Virus record (IMG/VR): IMGVR_UViG_3300044712_000810
Location: 250,838 to 314,837 of that record
DNA length: 64,000 nt
Strand: one strand, 5' to 3'
Shown: piece after piece, positions 55,016 to 64,000 of the stretch
Layout of the letters: the number at the start of each line of letters is the position of its first letter
How positions within the stretch are numbered: the stretch's first letter is position 1
Translations under genes and position numbers: made by a program
Notes under the pieces: generated by a model
The model's input: the letters and a program-made list of their open reading frames with translations, nothing else
Told to the model about the DNA's origin: nothing
Databases searched by the model: none

Positions 55016-55037
55016 GGGGGCCTGTTCGCAGGCCCTC
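55016..55037 (+). terminator. intrinsic terminator
   Basis: GGGGGCCTG-TTCG-CAGGCCCTC followed by a T tract. Confidence 0.75.
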
Positions 55038-55065
55038 CTTTTTAACTTTTATTATAGGAGGATAA

Positions 55066-55512
55066 ATGGATTTAGAAACAGCAATAGCATTAGCAGTCGT
55101 TGCACATAAAGGTCAAGTTGATAAGGCTGGAAAGCCATATATTCTCCATCCTTTGCGTGTAATGAATAAACTTGAAGATGAATATGATATGATTACCGGA
55201 GTACTTCACGATACTGTTGAAGATTGTGATGTTACTCTTGATGATTTACGTAAAGCAGGATTTCATGAAGATATCGTATATGCTGTTGACTGTGTAAGTC
55301 GAAGAACAGGCGAATCATATAAAAATTTTATTGGTCGTGTAATGACCGATAAACGCGCAATTCGAGTAAAAATTGCAGACATTGAAGATAACCTTCAAGT
55401 TTGCAGAATGGCTATGATTGATAGTGAAAAGTTTTCCAAATTCACTAACAACATCAAAATGTATGTTGAATCTTATACGAAACTAAAAGAACGGCTAAAA
55501 CTTTTAAAGTGA
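55066..55512 (+). CDS. HD-domain (p)ppGpp-hydrolase-like protein (RelA/SpoT HD, small type)
   Basis: AH.GQ.DK.GKPYILHP, LHDTVED, VKIADIEDN. Confidence 0.85.
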   Translation: MDLETAIALAVVAHKGQVDKAGKPYILHPLRVMNKLEDEYDMITGVLHDTVEDCDVTLDDLRKAGFHEDIVYAVDCVSRRTGESYKNFIGRVMTDKRAIRVKIADIEDNLQVCRMAMIDSEKFSKFTNNIKMYVESYTKLKERLKLLK

Positions 55513-55678
55513 GGTTCACATGTTCCAATCTCTTCGTGACTACAAAGACTTGTTCGAAAATATCGGACTTGTTGCTTTAATGATCACCGTGTGTTCACTG
55601 TTTGTTGGTTCCGGTATTTGGAAAATGTTTTAAACAACCGGCGGGGAAACCCGCCATATTTTATTCTTATGATTCTGG

Positions 55679-55692
55679 TTTCATATAAAAAT
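55679..55692 (+). promoter_or_regulatory. recurrent promoter-like motif
   Basis: TTTCATATAAAAAT. Confidence 0.65.
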
Positions 55693-55749
55693 AATCCATA
55701 ATGACCGGATAACGGTTGTCAATTAAAACAATACATTAAGGAGCCTTTT

Positions 55750-56403
55750 GTGAAGAGAGAACTTATTTTGGCAGTAAAAGAATCAGATATTAAATTACCC
55801 GCGAACGGGTTTACATTAATTACGGAAGAAAATACAATTGAACTTGATGAAACAAACACATGGTTTGGTCCTAGATGCATTTTAGAAAATGATACGAGTT
55901 TCCGACAAATCATTCCATACGCGATTATCAAGAAAGATGATAGTATTCTAATGTATGAACGTCAAGTAACTGGCGGTGAAGCCCGTTTACATGGTCTTAA
56001 ATCTATCGGTTTCGGTGGTCACGTAAACCTTCGTGACGACTTCCCAACTGATGATGGAATGTTCGATGCAGAATATGTAATTCCTGAAAATTTTGTATAT
56101 AGTGCATATGCGAGAGAATTATATGAAGAATTGGGAGCTAATATATTTGAATACGTCAGTAATGTCAATAGCGTTGGATACATTCACTACGCTAACGATT
56201 CTGATGTTGATGATGTAAATAAAGTTCATATGGGTATTGTATTTATTGTTGATTTATCATCTGAGAGTGATGAAGAAACTATCTCTGCAGATGAACTTGA
56301 AATCGGCAAATGTACATGGGTTCCTATCTCAGAACTCGAATCACATATTCCTGATATGGAAATGTGGAGTAAAGAAGCAAGCAAATATTTGATCGGTCAA
56401 TAA
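55750..56403 (+). CDS. NUDIX-family phosphoesterase
   Basis: QIIPY, E.RLH...SIGFGGH, REL.EEL, VH.G. Confidence 0.85.
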   Translation: MKRELILAVKESDIKLPANGFTLITEENTIELDETNTWFGPRCILENDTSFRQIIPYAIIKKDDSILMYERQVTGGEARLHGLKSIGFGGHVNLRDDFPTDDGMFDAEYVIPENFVYSAYARELYEELGANIFEYVSNVNSVGYIHYANDSDVDDVNKVHMGIVFIVDLSSESDEETISADELEIGKCTWVPISELESHIPDMEMWSKEASKYLIGQ

Positions 56404-56441
56404 TTACACTTTGATAATAAAATATAAATAGGAGTCATTTA

Positions 56442-59228
56442 ATGGCTGTTAAGAAGAATCCATATGAAGGTATTAACTGGACTCAAAGAGAAGCTAAAAT
56501 CGTTGCAATGGACGGAACTGTCAAATTCCAAGAAACAGTTGAGTTTCCTGATTATTTTGATGACAATTCCGTTGGGATCGTTGCTAGCAAGTATTTATGT
56601 AATAGCGCAAAAAAGAAAGAAAAAAGCCTCAAAGACTTAATTGATCGTGTTTCTGATACGATCACTAATTGGGGTGAAAAAGACGGTTACTTTGCAAATA
56701 AGAAAGCACGTGATGAATTTAATTATAAACTAAAACGTTATCAAGTACAACAATATTTTGCATTTAACTCACCTGTTTATTTTAACGTTGGATTAAAAGA
56801 TAATCCACAAGGCAGTGCATGTTTCATTCTTGATATTCAAGACAACATGGATAGTATTTTTGATGTAGCAAAACTCGAATCACGAATCTTTAAACAGGGT
56901 TCTGGATCGGGAATGAATATTAGCACGCTAAGATCTGCTAAAGAACCAGTTACCGCTGGTGGATATGCATCTGGTCCAGTTAGTTTCATGAAAGCTCATG
57001 ATACTGTAGCCGGTGTTATTAAATCTGGTGGTACTCTTAGACGTAGTGCTAAAATGGTATGTATGGATGTTGATCATCCAGATATTGAAGAATTTATTAA
57101 TTGTAAACAATATGAAGAAGAAAAACTTCGTGTATTAAGAAATGCCGGAATTCAATCAAAACCAGGATGTGAATTAGGCGACGAAGTATTCTATCAAAAT
57201 ACAAATATTTCTGTAAGACTTACAGAAGAATTTATGAATGCCATCGAAACCGATGGAGATTTCTTCACAAAGTTTGTTGCCAATGGTACTCTTTGTGATA
57301 AATTTAAAGCCCGTGATCTACTTAAACTCATTGCACAAAAGGCATGGGAATGTGCTGATCCAGGTTTAATGTATCATGATAATACAAATAAATGGCACAC
57401 TTGTAAAAACAGTGGACCAATTGTCGCATCTAATCCATGTGGCGAATTTGTATTTATTAACAACTCCGCATGTAATCTTGCAAGTATTAACTTACTTAAA
57501 GTATTTAATAAAACTAAATGTGACTTTGAAACATTTAGTGACGTGATTGAGATCGTAACATTAGCACAAGAAATTATTATCGACAATGCATCATACCCTG
57601 ATTCTAGGATTCGTGAAAATAGTATTAAGTTTAGACCGATTGGTTTAGGTTATACAAACCTCGGTGCACTTCTTATGCTCTTTGGTTTCCCATATGATAG
57701 CGACGAAGGTCGTGAACTTGCGGCAACAGTAACAGCAATATTAACAGGTGTTTCATATCTTACAAGTTCCGCAATTGCTATGCGCAAAGGTCCATTTAGT
57801 GGATTTAGTGAAAACAAAGAAGCATTTTATGAAGTAATGGATCTTCACACAAAAGCAGCACGTGAAAATTTTAGAAATGGAAAAAACAAAGAATTGTGTG
57901 AATATGCACTTGATGTTTGGGAAAAGGTCAATGATATTTGTCATAAGAAAGGACCATTTAGAAACGCCCAAACAACATTGTTAGCACCAACTGGAACTAT
58001 TAGTTATCTAATGGGTGCGGCAACAACTGGTATTGAACCTGAATTTAGTCATATCAAATATAAAAACTTATCTGGTACTGACGGTGGTTGTATTAAACTC
58101 GTTAATCCAATTCTTGAACAAACACTTAGAAATCTTGGATATACCGAAAAAGAAGTTCAACTGATGAAAGAAGAAATACTTGCATCAGGACATCTAGAAA
58201 ATAGCCAATACATTAATGATGAACATTTGGCAATCTTTGATACTAGTACTAAACCATTTGGTGGATCAAGAACGATTCATTATATGGGTCATATCAAAAT
58301 GCTCGCAGCAGTTCAACCATTCCTAAGTGGAGCTATTAGCAAAACATGTAACTTGCCGAATGAAATCACGGTTGACGAGATTTATAATATATTTGTCGAA
58401 GGCTGGAAAATGGGTCTTAAAGGTATTACCGTTTATCGTGACGGAAGTAAGACTTTTCAAGCACTTAGTACATCGTCAAAAGATGAGAAAAAAGAACAAC
58501 CCACTTTCGACTTGTCCGAATATTTCGGACCCGACGAAGTGGAGGAAGTAAAAAATCAATTAGAGATTATTAAACAAAAAGTAGTTGCAAGACGTACTAG
58601 CCGTAAGAAACTCCCAGATGAAAGAAAGGCCGTAAACCACAAATTTAATATCGGAACAACAAAAGGTTACATTACATGTGGTCTTTATGACTCTGGTGAA
58701 ATTGGTGAAGTATTTGTAAAGGTAGCAAAACAAGGAAGTACTCTAGCAGGACTTCTCGATGCACTTGCAACAATTACTAGTATTAGTCTACAATATGGCG
58801 TACCACTCAAGGTACTAGTAAAGAAACTAATGAATCAAAGATTTGATCCGATGGGATTCACATCTAATGAAAACATTAGAACAACTTCAAGTATTGTTGA
58901 CTATCTATTTAAATATTTGGGAATTAAGTTCCTAAATAAAAAAGACCAAGAAGAACTTGGTATTGCACTTAAAAAGAAAATTGTTGAAGAAGTACCAGAT
59001 CAAAGTGTTGTAAAACAAGTGACTGATGAACTTCTAAATACAATTCTAGGCGATGGTGATTTTGATTTACCATCAGCTGAAGATGATGACACACAAGAAT
59101 ATATTGATGTATATGATTATTCTGGAGACAGCGTAGGCAGTTGTCCAGAATGTGGTTCCCTTTTAGTTCGTAAAGGATCTTGCGATTTTTGCGTAAATTG
59201 CGCATATAATGGCGGATCTTGCGGCTAA
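56442..59228 (+). CDS. nrdJ: vitamin B12-dependent (class II) ribonucleotide reductase with TSCPD domain
   Basis: FNSP, SACF, SNPCGE, CNLAS, APTGTIS, AISKT, C-terminal zinc ribbon. Confidence 0.95.
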   Translation: MAVKKNPYEGINWTQREAKIVAMDGTVKFQETVEFPDYFDDNSVGIVASKYLCNSAKKKEKSLKDLIDRVSDTITNWGEKDGYFANKKARDEFNYKLKRYQVQQYFAFNSPVYFNVGLKDNPQGSACFILDIQDNMDSIFDVAKLESRIFKQGSGSGMNISTLRSAKEPVTAGGYASGPVSFMKAHDTVAGVIKSGGTLRRSAKMVCMDVDHPDIEEFINCKQYEEEKLRVLRNAGIQSKPGCELGDEVFYQNTNISVRLTEEFMNAIETDGDFFTKFVANGTLCDKFKARDLLKLIAQKAWECADPGLMYHDNTNKWHTCKNSGPIVASNPCGEFVFINNSACNLASINLLKVFNKTKCDFETFSDVIEIVTLAQEIIIDNASYPDSRIRENSIKFRPIGLGYTNLGALLMLFGFPYDSDEGRELAATVTAILTGVSYLTSSAIAMRKGPFSGFSENKEAFYEVMDLHTKAARENFRNGKNKELCEYALDVWEKVNDICHKKGPFRNAQTTLLAPTGTISYLMGAATTGIEPEFSHIKYKNLSGTDGGCIKLVNPILEQTLRNLGYTEKEVQLMKEEILASGHLENSQYINDEHLAIFDTSTKPFGGSRTIHYMGHIKMLAAVQPFLSGAISKTCNLPNEITVDEIYNIFVEGWKMGLKGITVYRDGSKTFQALSTSSKDEKKEQPTFDLSEYFGPDEVEEVKNQLEIIKQKVVARRTSRKKLPDERKAVNHKFNIGTTKGYITCGLYDSGEIGEVFVKVAKQGSTLAGLLDALATITSISLQYGVPLKVLVKKLMNQRFDPMGFTSNENIRTTSSIVDYLFKYLGIKFLNKKDQEELGIALKKKIVEEVPDQSVVKQVTDELLNTILGDGDFDLPSAEDDDTQEYIDVYDYSGDSVGSCPECGSLLVRKGSCDFCVNCAYNGGSCG

Positions 59229-59235
59229 AAAAGAC

Positions 59236-59263
59236 AAGGACCGGGTATTTCTACCTGGTCCTT
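59236..59263. terminator. bidirectional terminator
   Basis: AAGGACCGGGTA-TTTC-TACCTGGTCCTT between convergent genes. Confidence 0.7.
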
Positions 59264-59274
59264 TTTAAATTTTT

Positions 59275-59439
59275 TTATTGCGGTATCGCAAGCTGGTCAT
59301 GTTCTTTGGGCGGTTTCTCGACGACAGTGTATTCATCGTGCGAAAGATCGAGGATCTTAATCTTTTCGACTTTCGCGATATACACTCCGAAGAATCCTCT
59401 GACTTGTGTGATTTCGAGCGCATCAATCTCAGTTACCAT
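59275..59439 (-). CDS. small hypothetical protein
   Basis: ATG just after the stop of the upstream minus-strand ORF. Confidence 0.5.
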   Translation of the reverse strand: MVTEIDALEITQVRGFFGVYIAKVEKIKILDLSHDEYTVVEKPPKEHDQLAIPQ

Positions 59440-59440
59440 T

Positions 59441-59719
59441 TCACTTCCCCGCTTCTTGTAAAGTTGATGGCCAAGGACCGAGGTATTGTTTACCTTCCGG
59501 ATCCTTGATGTATAAGTAGCAAATGGGTCCGAATCTAGCTTCGGTGCCATATTCATGATCGGGTGAGGCTTCATTGATTTCCCGACAACACTGGATACAA
59601 TACCACGCATGTGTATATTTGTTCCAGCATTTTGCACGGCGATTATCACACGCTGTGCGATTACATTCACCGTTGTACACTTTGCCTTTATTGGGAAGTG
59701 TTTCTTCTTTTTGATTCAT
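59441..59719 (-). CDS. Cys-rich hypothetical phage protein
   Basis: G.CNRTAC...YC..C...IN. Confidence 0.7.
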   Translation of the reverse strand: MNQKEETLPNKGKVYNGECNRTACDNRRAKCWNKYTHAWYCIQCCREINEASPDHEYGTEARFGPICYLYIKDPEGKQYLGPWPSTLQEAGK

Positions 59720-60180
59720 TGATGCATCCTTACAAATCCATCAACGACGTTATTTGGAAGCACGAACTGATCGACTTCCAAATTGTTGTACAACGTGTCA
59801 AAATCCATACCGTCGTTAAGAGCTTCCAGAAACAGGATCAAATCCCGTCTGGTTTTGATCGTTGAAAGACGATCATACTTCTGATGGTTACCATATGCAG
59901 AACATATGGCGTACATATCGGGTCTGTCAATTGGAACCGCGTTCACAGGTTTGTGCGCATAGATATATGAGCCAACGGCTCGACATAATATCTTAAGATT
60001 ATCCGGCACACCTGTGATCTTCACACCTTTTTCGGTTTTGTCATACCGAAGGTATAAAGCATCTGAATCAAGTCGAATCACGCGATATCCATTGTCGACT
60101 AAACTGAACAGAATGGTTAAGATTTGTTCAATGTTATGAAACGTGATTGAATCATTAATCGATGAATACATTTGAAACAT
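59716..60180 (-). CDS. hypothetical protein
   Basis: GGAGG SD on the minus strand. Confidence 0.7.
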   Translation of the reverse strand: MFQMYSSINDSITFHNIEQILTILFSLVDNGYRVIRLDSDALYLRYDKTEKGVKITGVPDNLKILCRAVGSYIYAHKPVNAVPIDRPDMYAICSAYGNHQKYDRLSTIKTRRDLILFLEALNDGMDFDTLYNNLEVDQFVLPNNVVDGFVRMHQ

Positions 60181-60221
60181 GAGGATGCCTCCCAAGTTTA
60201 TAGGTTAATCTATACTTAAAT

Positions 60222-60235
60222 ATTTCTATATAAGT
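60222..60235 (-). promoter_or_regulatory. recurrent promoter-like motif, minus strand
   Basis: Reverse complement ACTTATATAGAAAT. Confidence 0.6.
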
Positions 60236-60268
60236 GAATTGAATATTAAAATAAAAAATGAGGTAGTT

Positions 60269-60733
60269 ATGGATAATTCATCATTATTAAATAATATTCT
60301 GAATTTTTTAAAATTTAATGATAAACGTAATTTTTCTAAACCATTAAAGGAATTACCAAAAGATGAAACAAACCCATTTGAAAGTGAAATTGATGAACAA
60401 GAATTAAAAACGGAAATAAGTAAACATTTAGACTTATTACCAACAGATGTTTTTGAAATAGATTTTGAAAACGTCAAATTAAGTAAACAAGGTTTTAGCG
60501 CTTTATTAGAATCCATATTTGAGACTCACAAGAAATCCTTAAATTCATTAGAAGAAGGACAAGAAGATGAGTTTCATATGGACAATGTTTTTGAAAAGAG
60601 ACATGTTAAAACATATTATACGATTAAAAAACAACTTGTAATATGTGCATCAATTAACATGTTATTAGGTATATTTGAAATTCCCGAAGAACACTGGGAA
60701 GTTGACTATAATGATGAAATAAGGTGGCATTAA
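60269..60733 (+). CDS. hypothetical acidic protein
   Basis: GAGG SD. Confidence 0.65.
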   Translation: MDNSSLLNNILNFLKFNDKRNFSKPLKELPKDETNPFESEIDEQELKTEISKHLDLLPTDVFEIDFENVKLSKQGFSALLESIFETHKKSLNSLEEGQEDEFHMDNVFEKRHVKTYYTIKKQLVICASINMLLGIFEIPEEHWEVDYNDEIRWH

Positions 60734-60734
60734 A

Positions 60735-61238
60735 ATGAAAATAGCATATTCTGGAACTCATGGTACTGGGAAAACAACTAAAGTAAGTAAATTATTTAAC
60801 GAAATTAAAATACAAGAACCTAAAAAAAGTGTCGGATTACTACTAGAAAATGCAAGTTTTAGCCCACTTCCAATAAATAAAGACACTTCCGAATTATCTC
60901 AGTTTTGGATTTTCACAAATCAAATGGCTGAAGAAATTCGTTTACATAATCATTATGACATACTTGTAACTGACCGAAGCATCATGGATGCTATTGCATA
61001 TAGTAAAACAATGGGTTATGATTCATGGAAAGGAATGTTTGAACATGCCAAATATTTCATGAATACTTACAATAGAATATACTATGTAAGCATTGAAAAT
61101 AACGATTATTGGCATAATGATGGTGTTCGAGATGCAGACGATTTAGAATATAGAAGAGATGTTGCAAAAAATCTTTTAGAATTGTATTTAGCATTACTTA
61201 AACGGAAAGACTTCACGTTTAAGTTTGAAATTATATGA
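60735..61238 (+). CDS. P-loop nucleotide kinase-like ATPase (NadR/Ttd14 type)
   Basis: SGTHGTGKTT, TDRSIMDAIAY, DGVR. Confidence 0.8.
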   Translation: MKIAYSGTHGTGKTTKVSKLFNEIKIQEPKKSVGLLLENASFSPLPINKDTSELSQFWIFTNQMAEEIRLHNHYDILVTDRSIMDAIAYSKTMGYDSWKGMFEHAKYFMNTYNRIYYVSIENNDYWHNDGVRDADDLEYRRDVAKNLLELYLALLKRKDFTFKFEII

Positions 61239-61636
61239 ATAAGGAACTTAACTTCTTACTATTCGCATTAACTACGGGAGATCTAAGATATAAAGAAGAA
61301 GACATAGAAGAAGTATTTAAACGACAAGGATTTAACGTCGTCCCAGTTAATGACGATGATAATGGTCCAGGTTTTGAAGTTAATGTTGGAACCCCATCTT
61401 CACTATATCATTTTAATGAAAGAAACTTATGGGGTTACAGCATTACGTTTTATGAAAACACTCCACGGACGAATGTTATTACAATTTGTCCAGAAGTTTT
61501 AAATAACAGTGTATTTTATGACTTTTGGAAAACTGTTATTGATGAATTTATTATTGAAGTGTTGGAACAAACAGATGCTTTTGTTATAGATAATTTTATT
61601 CTGGATTTGAAGAAAATTCTAATTCAAGAAATATAG
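61235..61636 (+). CDS. hypothetical protein, C-terminal LKKILIQEI
   Basis: ATGA-coupled ORF. Confidence 0.7.
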   Translation: MNKELNFLLFALTTGDLRYKEEDIEEVFKRQGFNVVPVNDDDNGPGFEVNVGTPSSLYHFNERNLWGYSITFYENTPRTNVITICPEVLNNSVFYDFWKTVIDEFIIEVLEQTDAFVIDNFILDLKKILIQEI

Positions 61637-61645
61637 GTGGAAATA

Positions 61646-63436
61646 ATGGCAAGTTTATCATCAAATATAACTTTAGATGAGTTATATACAAAACTACGTA
61701 CAGGTTCAAAAATAACCGATAAAATATCATACAGTAGCAAAAAGACTGATGGAAAAGCAATGCGCATGTCCATTGGTAGAGTAATAGTTAATGAAATATT
61801 ACCTGAAGACTTTGAATTAGTCAACGAAGTACTTAATGCAAAAGTTCAAAGTAAAATATTTAAGAAACTATTTGATAAATATGGACCAAAACAAGCTGGT
61901 GATATATTATCGGAATTACAACTTGAAATGTTTAAAATGGCATCAATGATTCCAAGTTCATTTAATATTAATGGTCTTACATTTCCTGATGAATTTAAAG
62001 CCATGAAAGATGATTTTAAATCAAAAGCAAAAGACATGTCATTAAATGAATATAATAAAGAAACAGACAAACTAACAAAATACTTACTTGACTATACTGA
62101 TGGTCAAGACCTTCGTGTTAATAACTTAATGAAATCCGGTGTAAAAGGCGATCCCATTAGTGACTGGAAGAACTTAATGGTTGCCAAAGGTTTTGTTATT
62201 GATATTGAAGGAAATATTAAAGGCCCGATTCTGAATGGTGTGGCCGAAGGTTTTAGTCGGAAAGCTTATTATGATGCTGCGGCAGAAGCAAGACGTGACT
62301 TCTTCTATAAAAGTACAATGTCTGCGGAACCAGGTTATCTTGCACGTAAGATTGTTATGGCAAACTCAAACATCGTAATTGATCCTAAAACCAAAGATTG
62401 CGAAACAAAAAAATATTATGAATTATATGTCAATAATAAGAATAAGAATATTATTATTGGAAGAACATATAATAAGAATGGTAGATTAACTAAGATTACA
62501 GAAGATAATGTTGATGATTTAGTTAATAATCCAATAAAGTTAAGATCACCATTATACTGCAAAGCTGAAAATGGAATTTGTCAAACATGTTACGGTGATT
62601 TATTTAAATCATTAGATACATCTGCTATTGGTGTTCTTGCAGGTGGTGCGGTAAACAAAGTAGCACTTAACGATATGATGAAAATGAAACACAAAGCATC
62701 ACAAGTTAACGTTGTTGACATTGACTTTATTGATATTATCAAGAAATCTCGTCTTGATCTTAAAGAACTATCACAATATCTTGATATTGAAAAGAAAGAA
62801 ATCAAAGCAAAAGTCGAATTAAGTTTTACAATTGATAAGAATGATTATAAAGAAGAAACTGAATTTTTAGATTGCGGTGAATACTTCGCAACTCCTGGTA
62901 TGTTAGACTTTGAAGTTGGTATTCCACCAAATATTACATCATTTACATTACCATTTGCATTTAAATTAGATCTTTATAAACCACAAGATATTGAAGGCGA
63001 AGGTAAAATAATCAAATTGCATTATAAGCCAGGTGAAACTATTACCAAAATGAATATGTATGTTGAGGAAGTCGATCCAGGCGTTCTTAACAGACTATTT
63101 GATGGTGGTGCAAAATATATTAAAACACCTGAAGGTCTTGTTGAAATTATTAGTGGACGTATTCCAAGCGTTGACTTATGTCACATCGAAACCATTGTCG
63201 CAAACATGTTTAGACGTGCGGATGATGATTCTGAACCTTGTAGAAAACGTGGCGATTATAAAAACGCAGTAATATATGGTCAAAAGAAACTTCCATTTAT
63301 TACATCATGGTTAACAAGTTTAAGTTTCGAAAACGTAAATAAGGCTATTGAATACGGATTAATTTCCGGTAAACATGCTAACTTCGATCCTTTTGAAAAG
63401 ATCGTACTTGAAAAGTTTGGTGGAGGAGAAGTTTAA
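61646..63436 (+). CDS. rpoC: RNA polymerase beta' subunit, C-terminal part
   Basis: SIGRVIVNEILP, SGVKG, AEPGYLARK (bridge helix), LRSPLYC..GICQTCYG, SWL..LSFE. Confidence 0.9.
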   Translation: MASLSSNITLDELYTKLRTGSKITDKISYSSKKTDGKAMRMSIGRVIVNEILPEDFELVNEVLNAKVQSKIFKKLFDKYGPKQAGDILSELQLEMFKMASMIPSSFNINGLTFPDEFKAMKDDFKSKAKDMSLNEYNKETDKLTKYLLDYTDGQDLRVNNLMKSGVKGDPISDWKNLMVAKGFVIDIEGNIKGPILNGVAEGFSRKAYYDAAAEARRDFFYKSTMSAEPGYLARKIVMANSNIVIDPKTKDCETKKYYELYVNNKNKNIIIGRTYNKNGRLTKITEDNVDDLVNNPIKLRSPLYCKAENGICQTCYGDLFKSLDTSAIGVLAGGAVNKVALNDMMKMKHKASQVNVVDIDFIDIIKKSRLDLKELSQYLDIEKKEIKAKVELSFTIDKNDYKEETEFLDCGEYFATPGMLDFEVGIPPNITSFTLPFAFKLDLYKPQDIEGEGKIIKLHYKPGETITKMNMYVEEVDPGVLNRLFDGGAKYIKTPEGLVEIISGRIPSVDLCHIETIVANMFRRADDDSEPCRKRGDYKNAVIYGQKKLPFITSWLTSLSFENVNKAIEYGLISGKHANFDPFEKIVLEKFGGGEV

Positions 63437-63441
63437 AAAGA

Positions 63442-63463
63442 AAAAGCCCCTTTCGGGGCTTTT
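63442..63463. terminator. bidirectional terminator
   Basis: AAAAGCCCC-TTTC-GGGGCTTTT. Confidence 0.75.
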
Positions 63464-63464
63464 A

Positions 63465-63791
63465 TTACACTTCTTTGAATCCTTGCGATTTAAGGAACTC
63501 AACACAGTCTTCGACTGTTGTTCCATAATAAATAAAATCTTCTGCGTCAAATGTCAATTCCATTGCCATGACAAACTCATCGTTATTATTATAAGATAAA
63601 TGGAAAGGCCATACGCCACCATCGAATTTGTCATCAGGAATAAAATACACTTCCATGAATTTTTCATCAGGATTACTATTGATAGTAACTGCCCAATCTT
63701 CAGGATTTGCTGTTAATGGAGTTGATAAATGAGTCCAAGAAGAATTTAAGTTGGCCAATTCAACTGCTGTGTATGGAATTAATTTAAACAT
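63465..63791 (-). CDS. hypothetical protein
   Basis: AAGGAGG SD on the minus strand. Confidence 0.7.
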   Translation of the reverse strand: MFKLIPYTAVELANLNSSWTHLSTPLTANPEDWAVTINSNPDEKFMEVYFIPDDKFDGGVWPFHLSYNNNDEFVMAMELTFDAEDFIYYGTTVEDCVEFLKSQGFKEV

Positions 63792-63816
63792 AATTCCTCC
63801 TTTTATTTCTATAGCA

Positions 63817-63830
63817 ATTTCTATATTAAC
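63817..63830 (-). promoter_or_regulatory. recurrent promoter-like motif, minus strand
   Basis: Reverse complement GTTAATATAGAAAT. Confidence 0.55.
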
Positions 63831-63864
63831 CTTTTAATTATTAAATTTCAGGAGAAATTTACAA

Positions 63865-64000
63865 ATGCTTTCAGTAAAAGATCAAAGTGCTAGTCCAACT
63901 TTAGCATCAAATATGGTAACAATTTATACTGACGGCGGTGCTAGAGGAAATCCAGGTCCTGGAGGATGTGGTGCTGTTATTAAAGATGGTTCCGGTAAGA
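63865..64000 (+). CDS. rnhA: ribonuclease HI (3'-truncated by the window edge)
   Basis: IYTDGGARGNPGPGGCGAVI. Confidence 0.85.
   Translation, partial: MLSVKDQSASPTLASNMVTIYTDGGARGNPGPGGCGAVIKDGSGK

Overview
A 64-kb segment of an AT-rich jumbo or large tailed phage genome, almost entirely on the + strand and translated with the standard code. Core genes include a phage multi-subunit RNA polymerase split into four genes (beta-C, beta-N, beta'-N, beta'-C), ATP-dependent DNA ligase, a 5'-3' exonuclease, a putative SSB, an SF2 helicase, class II RNR (NrdJ), a partial RNase HI, and neck and baseplate-spike proteins. Accessory genes include a terD-terC-terB cassette, QueE with a TGT/DpdA-like gene, the NAD salvage pair Nampt+Nmnat, a JAB+ThiF pair, two Pth2-type hydrolases and several nucleotide hydrolases. 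There are about 27 conventional-looking tRNA genes, including an amber (CUA) suppressor and a long-V-arm tRNA(UAU). The most notable unexplained signals are: (1) a module at 39.2-40.3 kb made of an SD-led micro-ORF with two in-frame TAG codons and two Ser-Pro-Pro-stop units, a conserved hypothetical gene, a Pth2-like gene, the amber-suppressor tRNA and a 265-nt tRNA-tailed structured RNA; (2) about 20 otherwise unrelated small proteins ending in a shared 'QKxhhExh' helix; (3) about 21 copies of a strand-oriented TTTCATATAGAAAT promoter-like motif, several driving small structured non-coding RNAs; (4) three tandem degenerate Val-like tRNAs with enlarged anticodon loops. Functional calls come from motif recognition by eye; no database searches were run.
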